A DNA stretch of 64,000 nucleotides from an uncultured Acidobacteriota bacterium (GTDB taxonomy: Bacteria; Acidobacteriota; UBA6911). Both the position numbers and the translations under genes were made by a program. This document shows, piece after piece, positions 18,239 to 30,320 of the stretch. The notes under the pieces were generated by a model. That model did no database searches. It was not told the DNA's origin and was given only the letters and a program-made list of their open reading frames with translations. The stretch is taken from contig CAWHCF010000046.1 in the NCBI GenBank assembly GCA_963827655.1, positions 1-64,000 on the forward strand, written 5' to 3'. The stretch's first letter is position 1. The number at the start of each line of letters is the position of its first letter.

Positions 18239-20848
18239 TCAGTGCTTTCCCGGATAAGGAACGCCGGGTCCCTTTACGGCATGCCACAGAATCCGGTTAA
18301 AGGTATCTTCATCGGCTCGATCGACATCGTCGAAATCGAGCTCCATCGATTTCTGGGCCCAGTGTCGCGCTTCTCCGCGTAGAGCCTTTAGCGGAGGATT
18401 CATTTCATCCAGCGGGATTTTGTTGGGAATTGCGGTGTAGGGAGTCAGGTCCTTTTTGTCGTGGAAGCAATCCGACATCGGCTCCGCCACGAGATCCAGC
18501 TGGTTCATGTGCGGCAACCCCAGGATCAGCTCCATCGTCCGAATCATGCTCACCTGGTTGTAGTTCGTGTGAATGACTTCCCCGCGGCGTGTGTAGGGGC
18601 TTATCACCAGGCCAACCGTGCGGTGTCCGTCGACATGATCTAACCCGGCTTGCGGGTCGTCCTCGGTCACGAAGATCGCGGTTTCGGGCCAGAACCGGCT
18701 CTTCGTCACAGCCTCAACAATCCGGCCCAACGCAAGGTCGTTGTCGGCCACCATGGCGCGCGGGGTCGGAAAACCGGGACGCGTGCCGCTGGTGTGGTCG
18801 TTGGGCAGCAGCATGATCATGAAGTTCGGCAGGTTCCCCTTGGCCTCGAATTCCTTCAGTTCCCGGATAAACTCTCGCGCCCGGTATACGTCGGGAACGG
18901 TGCTGGGAAAACCAACGAAGGTGGGACACAGATAGGGACGCAGCGTGGCGACCTCGGCGGTGGCACGGATTTTGATTTTTTGAGTTCCGTTGACGTAGTC
19001 GTTCCAGATGTCGGTCCAGGTCGCGGTGCGAGGAGTGATGCTGGCTTGAACGAACTCACCGTAGTCGCGAAACGACAATCCCTTTTGCAGCACCTTGTCC
19101 CAGATGAATCCCGAGCTGGCGTAGGCCATAGGATCATCGCCGTCGTAAGGGTAGCTTCGATTGAAACCCCCGAAGCTCTTCTCGATGTAATCGGTGACGT
19201 AGGCTTCAGTGCTCCACTGGTGCCCGTCGGCGCTCAGGACGCCGCTGCAGTAGAAATTGTCCAGCAGAACGAATTGCTCCACCAGAGCGTGATGATTGGG
19301 CGTAACCTCGCGTCCGAAATGTACCAGGGTCGGATCGCCGTCGCCCTGGGGAAGATCGCCAAAGACCTGGTCGTACGTCCGATTCTCTTTGATGATGTAG
19401 AGCACGTGTTTGAAGGTTGAGGGTTCTCCGACTCGCTCGGGCACGGGCCGCGCAGGCGCGCTGCCGGCTTTGGCGGCGACCCGTTCCAGGATCAGCCGCA
19501 TTCCGTTATTGCGCTCGACCAGCGCCGAGTGGCGTTTCAACTCGGTGGGGTCAGGCAGTCTAATGAAAGAAATCGAGCCCGTGTGGTCGTGAGAATTGTA
19601 GCCCTTCCGGTCGCTCCGTTGATTGCGGCTTCCGATGCCCTTCGTGTTGGCGACGATGAGAAAACCGCGCTGTCTGTCGAGCCGCACCGCTCCAGGGTAC
19701 CAACCGGTGGGAATGTATCCGGCGACGCGACTCGCCGTTCGGGGCGCGCTCTGCGACACCGACGAGCCTCCGAGGGCCACGACACAGATGGCATTGTCGG
19801 TTCCATTGGCCACGTAGAGCGTTGAGTTATCCGGACTGACAGCCAGGGCGTTCGGGGCGCTTCCGAACGGGCGAGATCGGTCGGCAACTACGGAAATTAC
19901 TTCCACGACACGGTCCGAACTCGTGTCGATCACCGAAACCGTATCGCTGTTGGCATTAGTAACGAACAAGCGCGACCGATCGGAGTTGAATGCCATGCCG
20001 CTGGGGTGCAGGCCGACTTCGATTTGCTGCAGTTCGGCGCGGGCGCGCGTGTCGACGACCGAAACCGTGCCGCTGCTCGCCACGCCGGTTTTGGGATCGA
20101 CCAGCACATCACTCCCGGAACTCTTGGCCGTAACCTCGCCGGCCTTCGGCTTTCTTCCGGCCCAGTTGGTCACATAAGCCTTGTTCGCCGGACCGAGCGC
20201 GACACTGTAGGGCGCCATTCCGACCGGGACCTGGGTTAGCTGATTGGTCTTGAGGTCGATCACACCCAGGGTATTGTTGCGGCTCAGGGTTACCCACAGT
20301 TCCTGCCGTTCGGAGTCAAGCGCCATGCCTCCGGGCGATGAGGGAGCGCGAGCGGACTCTGGCCGCTCCCCGCCGCGAGGGTTCTCTACCGCAGGCCCGG
20401 GAAGAGCGATGGGCGCCTCCCAGCGCATGACGTTCTGGGCGTCCAATGCCGCTACATGAATCAGCCCTTCGCTGTCGGTGGTAAAGATACGCTTGCCATC
20501 CTCGGAGAACAGGATGCCGACAAAACCCTGGCCCCCCTTTTCCACAGGCAAGGTCTGGAGGATGGCGCGATCCTGCATGCGGACCAGCAGGATATCGCGC
20601 ATGTTCTTGACTGCAAGGAGACTGCCATCCGGACTGAGTGCAAGGTCTGTGGGCCGGCCGGGAAACAGAATCTGCAAGCCCGCCGGACTGAGCAGCTGAT
20701 TGGTCGGCACCAGGATGGTTCCGTCCGGCTGCGGCCCCAGCTTGCGCGGGACGCGGTCTTGCAGGCTCGACCTGCTCTGCCAGACGATGATGACTGCGGT
20801 TGTGGCCAGGGCCGCCAGCACCAGCCATCTTCTCCACGATGTTCTCAT
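18239..20848 (-). CDS. YVTN/YncE beta-propeller + phosphoesterase (alkaline phosphatase superfamily) protein
   Basis: Propeller repeats (LFVTNANSDTVSVID, LYVANGTDNAICVV); KHVLYIIKENRTYDQVFGD; DNDLALGRIVE; EDDPQAGLDHVD. Confidence 0.9.
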   Translation of the reverse strand: MRTSWRRWLVLAALATTAVIIVWQSRSSLQDRVPRKLGPQPDGTILVPTNQLLSPAGLQILFPGRPTDLALSPDGSLLAVKNMRDILLVRMQDRAILQTLPVEKGGQGFVGILFSEDGKRIFTTDSEGLIHVAALDAQNVMRWEAPIALPGPAVENPRGGERPESARAPSSPGGMALDSERQELWVTLSRNNTLGVIDLKTNQLTQVPVGMAPYSVALGPANKAYVTNWAGRKPKAGEVTAKSSGSDVLVDPKTGVASSGTVSVVDTRARAELQQIEVGLHPSGMAFNSDRSRLFVTNANSDTVSVIDTSSDRVVEVISVVADRSRPFGSAPNALAVSPDNSTLYVANGTDNAICVVALGGSSVSQSAPRTASRVAGYIPTGWYPGAVRLDRQRGFLIVANTKGIGSRNQRSDRKGYNSHDHTGSISFIRLPDPTELKRHSALVERNNGMRLILERVAAKAGSAPARPVPERVGEPSTFKHVLYIIKENRTYDQVFGDLPQGDGDPTLVHFGREVTPNHHALVEQFVLLDNFYCSGVLSADGHQWSTEAYVTDYIEKSFGGFNRSYPYDGDDPMAYASSGFIWDKVLQKGLSFRDYGEFVQASITPRTATWTDIWNDYVNGTQKIKIRATAEVATLRPYLCPTFVGFPSTVPDVYRAREFIRELKEFEAKGNLPNFMIMLLPNDHTSGTRPGFPTPRAMVADNDLALGRIVEAVTKSRFWPETAIFVTEDDPQAGLDHVDGHRTVGLVISPYTRRGEVIHTNYNQVSMIRTMELILGLPHMNQLDLVAEPMSDCFHDKKDLTPYTAIPNKIPLDEMNPPLKALRGEARHWAQKSMELDFDDVDRADEDTFNRILWHAVKGPGVPYPGKH

Positions 20849-20989
20849 AATCCGCCAGTATAGTCCGAAAAGCCGCCTCTATCTGCCCGGGAAACTTTGC
20901 ATCTTGGCCCCGTCGGAATAATCTTTGTAGCCTGAAACGGGTTTGCGTCTCCCGGGCTCTGTGGCAATATTCCAGTTCCGGGGGAAGCG

Positions 20990-23897
20990 ATGCCTGTTTA
21001 CAACCCGCACGATATCGAGGCCCGGTGGCAGGAATACTGGGAGCAGAACAAGACCTTCCGCGCGCCGGATGATAGCGCCAAGCCCAAGCTGTACGTGCTC
21101 GACATGTTTCCCTACCCATCCGGCGAAGGGCTTCACGTCGGACACCCGGTAGGATACACCGCCACCGACATGTATTGCCGTTTTCAGCGCATGAGAGGTT
21201 ACAACGTCCTGCACCCCATGGGCTACGACGCCTTTGGCCTGCCGGCCGAGCAGTATGCTATCGAAACGGGAACCCACCCCCGGGTCACAACCGAGCGCAA
21301 CATAGCCAATATCCGGCGGCAGATCAAGCGTCTGGGCTTCAGCTACGACTGGGAGCGCGAGTTCGCGACCACCGATCCGGAATACATGCGCTGGACGCAG
21401 TGGATTTTTCTGGTCCTGTTCGACACCTGGTTCGATCCCGATGTCGAATGGACCGACCCTCAGGGGAAAAGCCGGCGCGGCCGGGGACGCCCGATCAGCG
21501 AGCTCCCCGTGCCCCAGGAGATCACCGCTCAAGGCGAGAACGCGGTGCGGCGTTACCGGGATTCTTTTCGCCTGGCCTATCAAGCGGAGGCGCCCGTGAA
21601 CTGGTGCGAGGCGCTCGGCACCGTGCTCTCGGACGAAGAGGTCATCGACGGGCGTTCAGACCGCGGCAATCATCCGGTGCAGCGAATCCCGCTGCGGCAA
21701 TGGATGCTGCGCATTACCGCCTATGCCGACCGGCTGGTCGAGGACCTCGAACTGCTTGACTGGCCCGACCCCATCAAAGAGATGCAACGCAACTGGGTGG
21801 GGCGCAGCGAGGGGGCCGAAGTAGATTTCCTCGTGAGTGGGGAAAAGACTGTTTTTCACGATTGGAAAGAGGAACGAGCCAGGAAAGGATTTCCCGCCGC
21901 CGCCGAAACCGAAGCCATCCGGGTTTATACCACGCGTCCCGATACGCTTTTTGGAGCTACCTACATGGTGCTGGCGCCCGAGCACCCAATGTTGGAGCGG
22001 CTCACGACGCCTGAGCGCCGCGCGGAGGTTGAAGCTTATCGTCAGCGAGTGGCCATGATGAGCGAGGAGGACCGCATTGCGGGGCGGGGAGAGAAGAGCG
22101 GAGTCTTCACCGGAGGGTACGCTATAAATCCTGCCAATGGGGAGCGGGTTCCCGTTTGGATCGCCGACCACGTCCTGATCAGCTACGGCACAGGGGCGAT
22201 CATGGCGGTGCCGGCTCACGACGAGCGAGACTTCGAGTTCGCCAGGAAATTCGGGCTGCCCATTCGAGCCGTTGTCATGCCGCCCGACGAGTGGCTCTCC
22301 CGGGCGTCGGCGCCTGGTAGCGATCTATCCCCGGATAAGGCCGGGCAATACCTCAAAAAACCGGAGGCATTCTCGTCGGTGTTTGTCGATGACGGCACCG
22401 GCGTCCAATCCTCGAATCCTGGCGTGTCTCTCGATGGATTGCCGACAGGGCAGGCCAAGAAGGCAATGACGCAGTGGTTGGTGAAATCAGGACTGGGAAA
22501 ACCGGCCGTAAAATACAAGCTTCGCGACTGGCTTTTCAGCCGGCAGCGCTACTGGGGTGAGCCCATTCCGATCCTGCACGAAGTCGACGTCAGCGGGAAT
22601 CCGACCGGGCTGACGCGTCCGGTGCCCGAGGATCAGCTTCCGGTCCTGCTGCCGGAGCTGGAAGACTTCAAGCCCACCGGTCGTCCTGGCGGTCCGCTCG
22701 AGAAGGCTCTCGATTGGATTCATGCGGGGGAAATCCCACCCGCCCAGGAGAAAGAAGACTCCGTCACGCTCAAGATCGACTCGAACCAGACCCTGATGCT
22801 TCGGCGAGAGACAAATACCATGCCTCAATGGGCGGGTTCGTGCTGGTACTACCTGCGTTTTTGCGATCCGCGCAACAGCTCTCCGGCCCTGGGATCCGAT
22901 GAAGGAGCGCTACTGGATGCCGGTCGATCTGTACGTCGGCGGCGCCGAACACGCGGTTCTGCATCTCCTGTACTCGCGCTTCTGGCACAAGGTACTCTTC
23001 GATCGAGGGCACGCTTCCACGCTGGAGCCCTTCCGCCGCCTGATCAACCAGGGGCACATACTGTCGATCACCTACCGCACGCCGGAAGGCCGCATCATCC
23101 CGTACTCCAGGATCAAGTTTGGCGAAGGAAAGGCTGTGCATGCGGAAACCGGCGCGGAGCTTGCCGGCGAGACCGAGAAGATGTCCAAATCGCGGGGCAA
23201 CGTGATTCCCATCGACGAACCGCTGCGGCAGTACGGCGCCGATACAACGCGGCTCTACGAAATGTTCATGGGACCGCTGGAGGCGACCAAGCCCTGGAGC
23301 ATCCTGGGCGTCGAAGGGATCAGCCGTTTCCTGAACCGCGCCTGGCGCATGATTGTCGATGAAGAGAGCCCGATGCTCCGTTCCAGCTCGAAGGTGGTGG
23401 AAGGCGATGAGGCGGAGGCGCAGCCCACGCTCGAGCAACTCCGAGTCCTGCACAAAACCATCCAGGCGGTGACCGGGGACCTGCAGCAGCTGCGGTTCAA
23501 TACTGCGATCAGCCGTCTGATGGAGTTCGTCAATTTCTTTACCGGCCAGACCAGTCGCCCGCGCGCTTGCGTCGAGCCCTTCGTGCTCATGCTCGCGCCG
23601 CTCGCCCCTCATATTGCGGAAGAGATGTGGCAGGCCCTGGGACACCTTGAATGCCTGGCTTATGAGCCCTGGCCGCAGTTCGAGGAACAGTACACCCGCG
23701 ATGATGTGGTCGAATTGCCGATCCAGATCAACGGGCGCGTCAGGAGCAGGCTGTTAGCGGCCGTGTCGTCGAGCCGGGATGAGCTGGAACGCGCCGCTCT
23801 CTCCGACGCAAAGGTGAAGAAGTATATCGAAGGCCGCGCGGTCGGAAAGGTGATAGTCGTTCCCAACAAGCTCATCAATATTGTCGTGAATTTGTAG
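20990..23897 (+). CDS. leuS: Leucine--tRNA ligase (one frameshift near 22885)
   Basis: [21 protein letters not shown] editing domain, [32 protein letters not shown]. Confidence 0.97.
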
Positions 23898-23963
23898 GTG
23901 GGGCTAACCACGAAGACGCGAAGACACAAAGAAATACGAAGCACCTTATCACCGGGGGGATTT

Positions 23964-24539
23964 ATGGTTTTAAGATACGTGGTGCTGATTGCTTCGATCT
24001 GGATATTGGCGGGATGCTCCGAGGATAGCCGGGAAGGCGGCGGTTCCGCTGCGATCAAGCCCGCCACGCCGCGCGGTTCCGGCTCCGCTCTCAAATTCAC
24101 AGCGCCGGCGGGCTGGGTCTCGGAGACGCCATCCTCCGGCATGCGAAAAGCGCAGTATACCCTTCCTCGAGTCGAGGGAGATCCCGAAGATGCGAAAATG
24201 GCCGTATTCTTCTTCGAAGGTCAGGGCGGGTCGGTCCAGGCGAATATCGACCGGTGGATCGGCCAGTTCAGCAAAGCCGACGGAAGCCCTGCCACAGACG
24301 CGGCTCGAGTTTCCAAGAAGGAATCCCACGGAATTCCTTTGACCATTGTGGATGTCAGCGGGACCTATAAGGAATCCATGGGCCCGATGACCGCAATGAC
24401 ACCCAAACCAAACTTTCGCATGCTGGCGGCCGTAGCCGAGACTGGCTCGGGGCCCTGGTTTTTCAAACTGACGGGTCCCGCGAAAACCGTGGCGAAATGG
24501 GAACCTAGTTTTCATGCATTTCTGGATACTATCGAGTAG
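23964..24539 (+). CDS. Hypothetical lipoprotein
   Basis: Lipobox ILAGC; conserved-looking GGSVQANIDRWIGQF and WFFKLTGP. Confidence 0.8.
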   Translation: MVLRYVVLIASIWILAGCSEDSREGGGSAAIKPATPRGSGSALKFTAPAGWVSETPSSGMRKAQYTLPRVEGDPEDAKMAVFFFEGQGGSVQANIDRWIGQFSKADGSPATDAARVSKKESHGIPLTIVDVSGTYKESMGPMTAMTPKPNFRMLAAVAETGSGPWFFKLTGPAKTVAKWEPSFHAFLDTIE

Positions 24540-24614
24540 CTTTGATTGATCGCGCCGTAGTGAGTACGCGCGTATCGATCCGAGACGCTTAAGGCGCAGA
24601 GACGTCTAGCGGCA

Positions 24615-25583
24615 ATGCTTACCGAGGGTATCACCACTCATCCGCTCAACAGCTTCGCCAGCGAAGTGCGCGCGGGTTTGACCAGGGAGGGACAAAAGGA
24701 ACTCCCCTCCAAGTATTTCTATGACGAGGTGGGCTCGGCTCTTTTCGAGGTCATCAGCGTGCTGCCGGAATACGGACTCACGCGCGCCGACACACGCATC
24801 CTGCGACGATATGCGCGAGATATCGTAGACCGGATGGCTCTGCCGGTGATCGTTGCCGAATTAGGAAGCGGGACCGGGAAAAAGACCCGGTGGATCCTCG
24901 AAGCGCTCTGTTCCCGTCAGAACACCACCTACTACCCCATCGAAATGTCACGCACCGCTCTGGCTCGCTGCGAGCTCGAGCTGGGACGCATCGACTGTGT
25001 GAGCATCGTGGGTTTTGAAAGGGAATATCTGGACGGCCTGCTCGAAGTCTCCGCCCGGCGCCATCCCGGGGAGCAACTGCTGGTGCTGTTCCTGGGGAGC
25101 ACCATCGGGAATTTCGATCGACCGGCGGCGATGCAGTTTCTGCGCAGCATCCGCGAAACTCTCAGGGAAGGGGACGCGCTCCTTTTGGGCACAGATCTCC
25201 AGAGTTCGGTGCCTGAGCTGATCCGGGCGTATGACGATTCCCTGGGCGTGACGGCGGCGTTCAATCTCAATCTCCTGGCACGGATCAACCGCGAACTCGA
25301 CGCCAATTTTGTTCTTTCTCAGTTCAGGCATGCCGTGAAATACGACCCCGGGGAGCATCGGGTTGAAATGCACTTGCGATCGGCTGTCGAGCAGACGGTT
25401 TCCGTGTCCCGAGCAGATTTAACCGTTACTTTTGAGAAGGATGAAACCATCTGGACCGAAAGCTGCCACAAGTTTACCCGCGAGGGGACCGTTGCGCTGG
25501 CGGAACGCAGCGGCTTCAAATGCGATGCGCAATGGGTCGATCGGGAGTGGCCTTTTGCGCAGAGCCTGTTGGTTGCAGCCTAG
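24615..25583 (+). CDS. egtD: L-histidine N-alpha-methyltransferase (EgtD family)
   Basis: ELPSKYFYDEVGSALFE, ELGSGTGKKT, LFLGSTIGNF, AYDDSLGVTAAFNLNLL, IWTESCHKF. Confidence 0.92.
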   Translation: MLTEGITTHPLNSFASEVRAGLTREGQKELPSKYFYDEVGSALFEVISVLPEYGLTRADTRILRRYARDIVDRMALPVIVAELGSGTGKKTRWILEALCSRQNTTYYPIEMSRTALARCELELGRIDCVSIVGFEREYLDGLLEVSARRHPGEQLLVLFLGSTIGNFDRPAAMQFLRSIRETLREGDALLLGTDLQSSVPELIRAYDDSLGVTAAFNLNLLARINRELDANFVLSQFRHAVKYDPGEHRVEMHLRSAVEQTVSVSRADLTVTFEKDETIWTESCHKFTREGTVALAERSGFKCDAQWVDREWPFAQSLLVAA

Positions 25584-25695
25584 ATTCTTCGTGTCTTCGT
25601 AGTTAGCGTCGCGAATACCTCCAGGACGCAAAGACGCGAAGAAACACCAGGAATCTCTTACCGACGAGTAACCCAAAGGATCAGGAGAAGGGAAA

Positions 25696-25983
25696 ATGAC
25701 CAGGGCCATATGGGAAGGAACTGTGCTGGCGGAGAGCGACAAATGTGTTGTGGTAGAGGGAAATCGATATTTCCCGCCGGAGTCGGTCCATCGGGAGTAC
25801 TTGAAGCCGAGTGTCAAGAAGACTGTCTGTCCCTGGAAGGGAGAAGCCAGCTATTACGACGTCGAGATCGGCGGCAAGCGAAATCCTGATGCGGCCTGGT
25901 ACTATCCGGACCCCAAGCCGGCGGCACAACAGATACAGAATCGCGTTGCCTTCTGGAAGGGCGTTAATGTGATTGACGATTGA
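25696..25983 (+). CDS. DUF427 protein
   Basis: VVEGNRYFPPESV, CPWKGEASYY, AAWYYPDPK. Confidence 0.92.
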   Translation: MTRAIWEGTVLAESDKCVVVEGNRYFPPESVHREYLKPSVKKTVCPWKGEASYYDVEIGGKRNPDAAWYYPDPKPAAQQIQNRVAFWKGVNVIDD

Positions 25984-26003
25984 CGATTGACGATTGACGA
26001 TTG
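25970..26003. repeat. GATTGAC heptamer tandem repeat overlapping the DUF427 stop
   Basis: GATTGAC repeated four times, followed by GATTGA. Confidence 0.8.
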
Positions 26004-26101
26004 AAGAGCCCGGCCATCGTCAATGAAGAGTGTAGATCTGTGCTCGCCGGGCGATCTTGGCGTCTTAGCGGTGTGACACCTGAAATCGAAAGGAAAATCG
26101 T

Positions 26102-29100
26102 ATGCGAAATCGCTCCCTGGTTTTGCTTTTCCTTCTTATCGGTTCGGTCGCCAGGATCTCGGGGCAGACTATCTCGGGGCAGGTTTCCGGGACAGTTTTT
26201 GATGCGAGCGGAGCCGTAGTGCCAGAAGCTCAGATCGCCATCCGGAATGCCGGTACCGGCAACATCGAGCGAACCTCGACCAACGAGAATGGATACTTCG
26301 TCTTCACCGACCTCCTGCCTGGAACCTATGAGCTCGAAATCGAGCGGCAGGGCTTTCAGCGCTTCATCGAGTCCAAGATCATGCTCAGCGCCAACGGCAA
26401 GTTGACCGTCAACGCCCGGCTGGCGCCGGGGGTTTCGAGCGAGGTCGTGCAGGTGACCGCGCCGGTCAACCGGGTCGATACCAGCAGCGGTGAGATCAGC
26501 GCGGTTATCACTCAGCGCCAGGTCACCGGGCTTTCTCTCAATGGCCGAAATTATATCCAGCTCCTTCAGTTGATTCCCGGTGTTACGGTGGATTACACCT
26601 CCTCCTTCAACTCCATCACAACTGTTAGCGAACAACACGTCAACGGTTTGCGCGGCAACACCAGCGGGCTGATGGTCGATGGATCGTACAACCTGGATGT
26701 CGGCTCCAACGGCACAAATCTGGTGAATCCGAGCATCGACAGCATTCAAGAGGTGAAGGTCTCGACCAACTCCTACAGCGCAGAGTACGGCCATGCTCAG
26801 GGAGCCCAGATCAACCTGGTAACGCGCGGCGGTACCCGCGCCTTCCACGGGGGTGCCTTCGAGTTCCTGCGCAACGACAATCTCGACGCCAATGATTGGA
26901 TCAGTAATCGATCCGGCCTGGGCAAGCGGCCGTTGCGTTTCCATGACTACGGGGCCTATCTGGGCGGCCCCATCTTTGTTCCCGGGCACTGGAATACCGA
27001 CCGCAGCAAGGCTTTCTTCTTTTTCTCGGCGTCGTTCCGTCACAACACTCTGGGCACGGCCCGTACGGGGAACGTTCCCACAGCCGAGGAGCGGCAGGGA
27101 GACTTTCGCAACTCGTCTCTGGCGGTTCCGCTGGATAGTCGAACGCGCCAGCCGTTGAATCCGGAAAATCCCAGGGTCCTCCCTTCGAGCCTGTTCTCAA
27201 AAAACGGCCCTCCTCTTCTCGAACCCTATCCGCTGCCGAATACGACCGGGCCTGGATTCAACTTCATCACCCAGACGATCGCCTCGAATCCCCAGGAGGA
27301 GCAGCTGCTTCGAGTCGATTACAATGTTTCAGACCGCACTCAGGTGTTCTTTCGCTGGATCCGCGACCTCTTTGATTCCGCAGATCAATCCAGCGGCAGC
27401 GCCCTTGGAATGGTGGGCAATACCAATCGAAGGAATGGAACTCAGATTTCGCTGAACCTCAGCCACACCTTCAGCCCGATGATGGTGAATGTCTTCAACT
27501 TCTCGCTCTCGGGAAACCGGATCGATAACTTTCCGGTGGTGGATAACTTCACCCGCGAAGGACTCGGCTTGACCTATCCCAAGCTGTTTCCCTCGAACCG
27601 CTACCAGGCCGGTCCGGATGTGAGCGTCCAGGGGTTGACCGGCTATGGAATCGGCGCCAACCTGCAAAACTTCCAATGGATGTTCGTCTGGCGCGACGAC
27701 CTGACCTACGTGAAGGGGAATCACGCCATGAAGTTCGGCGTCTGGATCGAACGTTACCGCAAGAACGCGAATGTCCTTCAGGGTGGGCCAAGGGATAATG
27801 GCTCGGTCAATTTCGCAACTTCCTCGGCGCTCTCCAGCGGCAACCCCATTGCCGACGTGCTGCTGGGGAATTTCCAAAGCTACGGAGAGTCGAGCGCCGA
27901 TTCCGTGGTCTTCACTCGCTACACCCAGATCGAGGCCTATGCTCAGGACAACTGGCGCGTGCGCCCGAACTTCTCGGTGGAATATGGCGTGAGATACGTG
28001 ATCTCGCCCGCAATCTACAGCGCCTTGAACAATGTCATCGCGTTCCGGCCGGAATTGTACGACCCGTCCCAGCGGCCGCGTTTCAACAGCGACGGCAGCC
28101 TTGCGCCGGGGGTGGGGGACTTCATCGGGGAGTTCTACGTGAATGGTCTTTCGCTGCCGGGCGAGGGGTGGCCGAAAGGAGCGACGGGACGGGTGGCAGC
28201 CGCCTCGGATCCCGCATACGACCGGCTCTTCCGAGGCGTTCCACGGGGAAGCTACGAAAACGCGTTACAACAATTTCGCTCCACGCATTTCGATTGCCTG
28301 GGACCCGACCGGCGCCGGAAACTGGTCGATCCGCGCGGGAGGGGGATTCGCCTACGATCGAATTCGCAACGGAAGCACAATTCTCACAGGGCTCGGTGTT
28401 CCTTTCCTGCAGCGCACGACCATTTTCGACGCCAACCTCGACCTTCCAACCGCCGGGCGAGTAGGCCCGATTCTCCCCTCGGCGGTCACTTCCTGGAGCC
28501 CGGTGGTGAAGACTCCAGCGGTCTACAGTTACAGTGTTGGCTTTCAACGGCAGCTTCCGGCCGCCATGCTGGGCGAAGTGCGCTACGTGGGCACGCTGGC
28601 GCGCTACATCACGATGGGGACGGATTTGAACGAGCTGCCGCTTGGAACCAGGCTGATTCCCGGCAACGGTTCTCTGCCGAGAGACAGCCTGCGCCCCTTT
28701 CCCGGTTTCGGCGCCATCACCTGGCTGACCGCGCAAGGTTCGTCGAATTATCATGGCCTGCAGACCTCTCTGGAACGCAGGCTCGAATCGGGCTTGCGCT
28801 TTGGAACCGCTTACACCTGGTCGAAGGTGATAACCAACGCCACTTCGGAGCAGTCGATTGGAGGAGTCCAGAACTCCTATGACCTCCGCGCCGAGCGGGG
28901 TTTGGCGGACTTCGACCGCACCCATGTGCTGGTCATGAACTATAACTGGGAATTGCCGTTCTTCGCCGGGCGCGGCGACTGGCTGGGTAAGACTCTCGGG
29001 GGATGGGAGTTGGCCGGCATCAATAATTTCACGTCCGGTCTCAACTTCACGCCGAGCTTTTCCTTGGCCGGGGATCCGACCGGAACCGGAAAAACCAGCA

Positions 29101-29495
29101 TAAGGCCCGATCTTGTCTCACCGATTCGCACTCTCGATCCCCGGCAGGTGCAGACCTTTACGCTCCCGAATGGTCGCGCGGTCACCGGAAACTTCTTCTT
29201 CGATCCCAGTGTGTCGTTCAGTCTTCCTGCGCCGGGGCGTTATGGTAATTCGGCTCCAAGTGTGATTCGCGGCCCCGGAATGAACAACTGGGATCTGTCG
29301 CTTTTCAAGAATATCCCGATTCGCGAGCAGCTGAGGATGCAGTTCCGGGCCGAGGTCTTTAACTTCTTCAACCACGTCTCATTCAGCGCCATCGGTGTCG
29401 GACTCCCGGCAACGGCGACCAACACGACCTTTGGCCAGGTTATCGCGGTCGCGCCGGCGCGCACCCTTCAGTTTGGAATGAAGCTCGAGTTTTGA
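26102..29495 (+). CDS. TonB-dependent receptor with N-terminal carboxypeptidase regulatory-like domain (frameshift ~28262)
   Basis: LSLNGRNYIQL, EFLRNDNLDA, YAQDNWRV, NNFAPR, C-terminal RTLQFGMKLEF. Confidence 0.92.
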
Positions 29496-29621
29496 AACCT
29501 GGTTTTTTGCTTCTGATTGGACTAATCGTCTGGTGGTCCGCCCCGGCATCGCGTGCGGCTAATTCACTGAAACACCCACCGCGAAGACGCCAAGACAGGA
29601 AGTCGGGGGCAGCGCTCTACG

Positions 29622-29653
29622 GACTAGTCAATTGACCGGTCATCTGCTATCCT
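29622..29653 (+). promoter_or_regulatory. TA operator palindromes + extended -10 (probable leaderless promoter)
   Basis: GACTAGTC (29622-29629), GACCGGTC (29634-29641), and TGCTATCCT ending 7 nt before ATG 29661. No RBS. Confidence 0.55.
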
Positions 29654-29660
29654 CGACCGA

Positions 29661-29890
29661 ATGAAAGCCAGAGAAATTCCAATTAGCGAATTCAAGGCGA
29701 AATGTCTGCGAATCCTGGAAGAACTTGGCCCCTATGGGATCCTGATCACAAAACGGGGGCGACCGATCGCGCGTGTGACGCCGCGCTGCCTCCGCCGACA
29801 ACCGTGATCTAATTGGTTGCATGAAAGGAAAGATCCAGATCAAGGGCGATCTTTTCTCTACGGGGGTGAAATGGGATGCTGAACCTCGAC
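29661..29890 (+). CDS. Phd/YefM family antitoxin (frameshifted, missing from the ORF track)
   Basis: MKAREIPISEFKAKCLRILEEL..ILITKRGRPIARVTP, then in another frame DLIGCMKGKIQIKGDLFSTGVKWDA. The end coordinate is approximate. Confidence 0.8.
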
Positions 29891-30244
29891 ACCCATATTC
29901 TCGTCGCGCTTCTCGGCGGAAGTCTCACGGAAGGTGAGCAGGCCCTGGTTGCAAATGATGAACTTGCAATTTCAGACATCGTCCTGTGGGAACTCGCGAA
30001 GTTAATTCAGGTGGGTCGCTTGAGCCTTGATCTCGACAGCCGTGAGTTTGCCCGGTGTTTACGGAGTTTCAGGGTCCTTCCAATCAGTCTTGAGATCGCT
30101 CGCATGAGTACTGAACTCGACTTTTCTTCGGATCCTGCGGATGAGATCATTGCCGCGACTAGCGTCATCGAACGAATTCCACTCCTGACCCGCGACTCGA
30201 AGATACTCCGGTCGCGCATGGTTCCCTTCGCCAAACGGTCTTAG
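29876..30244 (+). CDS. vapC: VapC/PIN-domain toxin
   Basis: LNLDTHIL, ISDIVLWEL, DPADEIIAATS, LLTRD. Confidence 0.9.
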   Translation: MLNLDTHILVALLGGSLTEGEQALVANDELAISDIVLWELAKLIQVGRLSLDLDSREFARCLRSFRVLPISLEIARMSTELDFSSDPADEIIAATSVIERIPLLTRDSKILRSRMVPFAKRS

Positions 30245-30290
30245 GCGCTTAGTGAAACGTTCGAACCAACATGTTGTCCTTCAGAAGGGG

Positions 30291-30320
30291 CCTTCGTTCG
30301 GGACGAAGTCCCCGAACGAA
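30291..30320. terminator. Hairpin downstream of vapC (terminator or REP-like)
   Basis: TTCGTTCGGGAC-GAA-GTCCCCGAACGAA. Confidence 0.4.

Noticed and set aside
20990-23897. leuS, sppA, TBDRs and others as pseudogenes or programmed frameshifts
   Set aside because: Single indels are scattered through many genes including an essential one, with no slippery motifs. Sequencing error is more likely.
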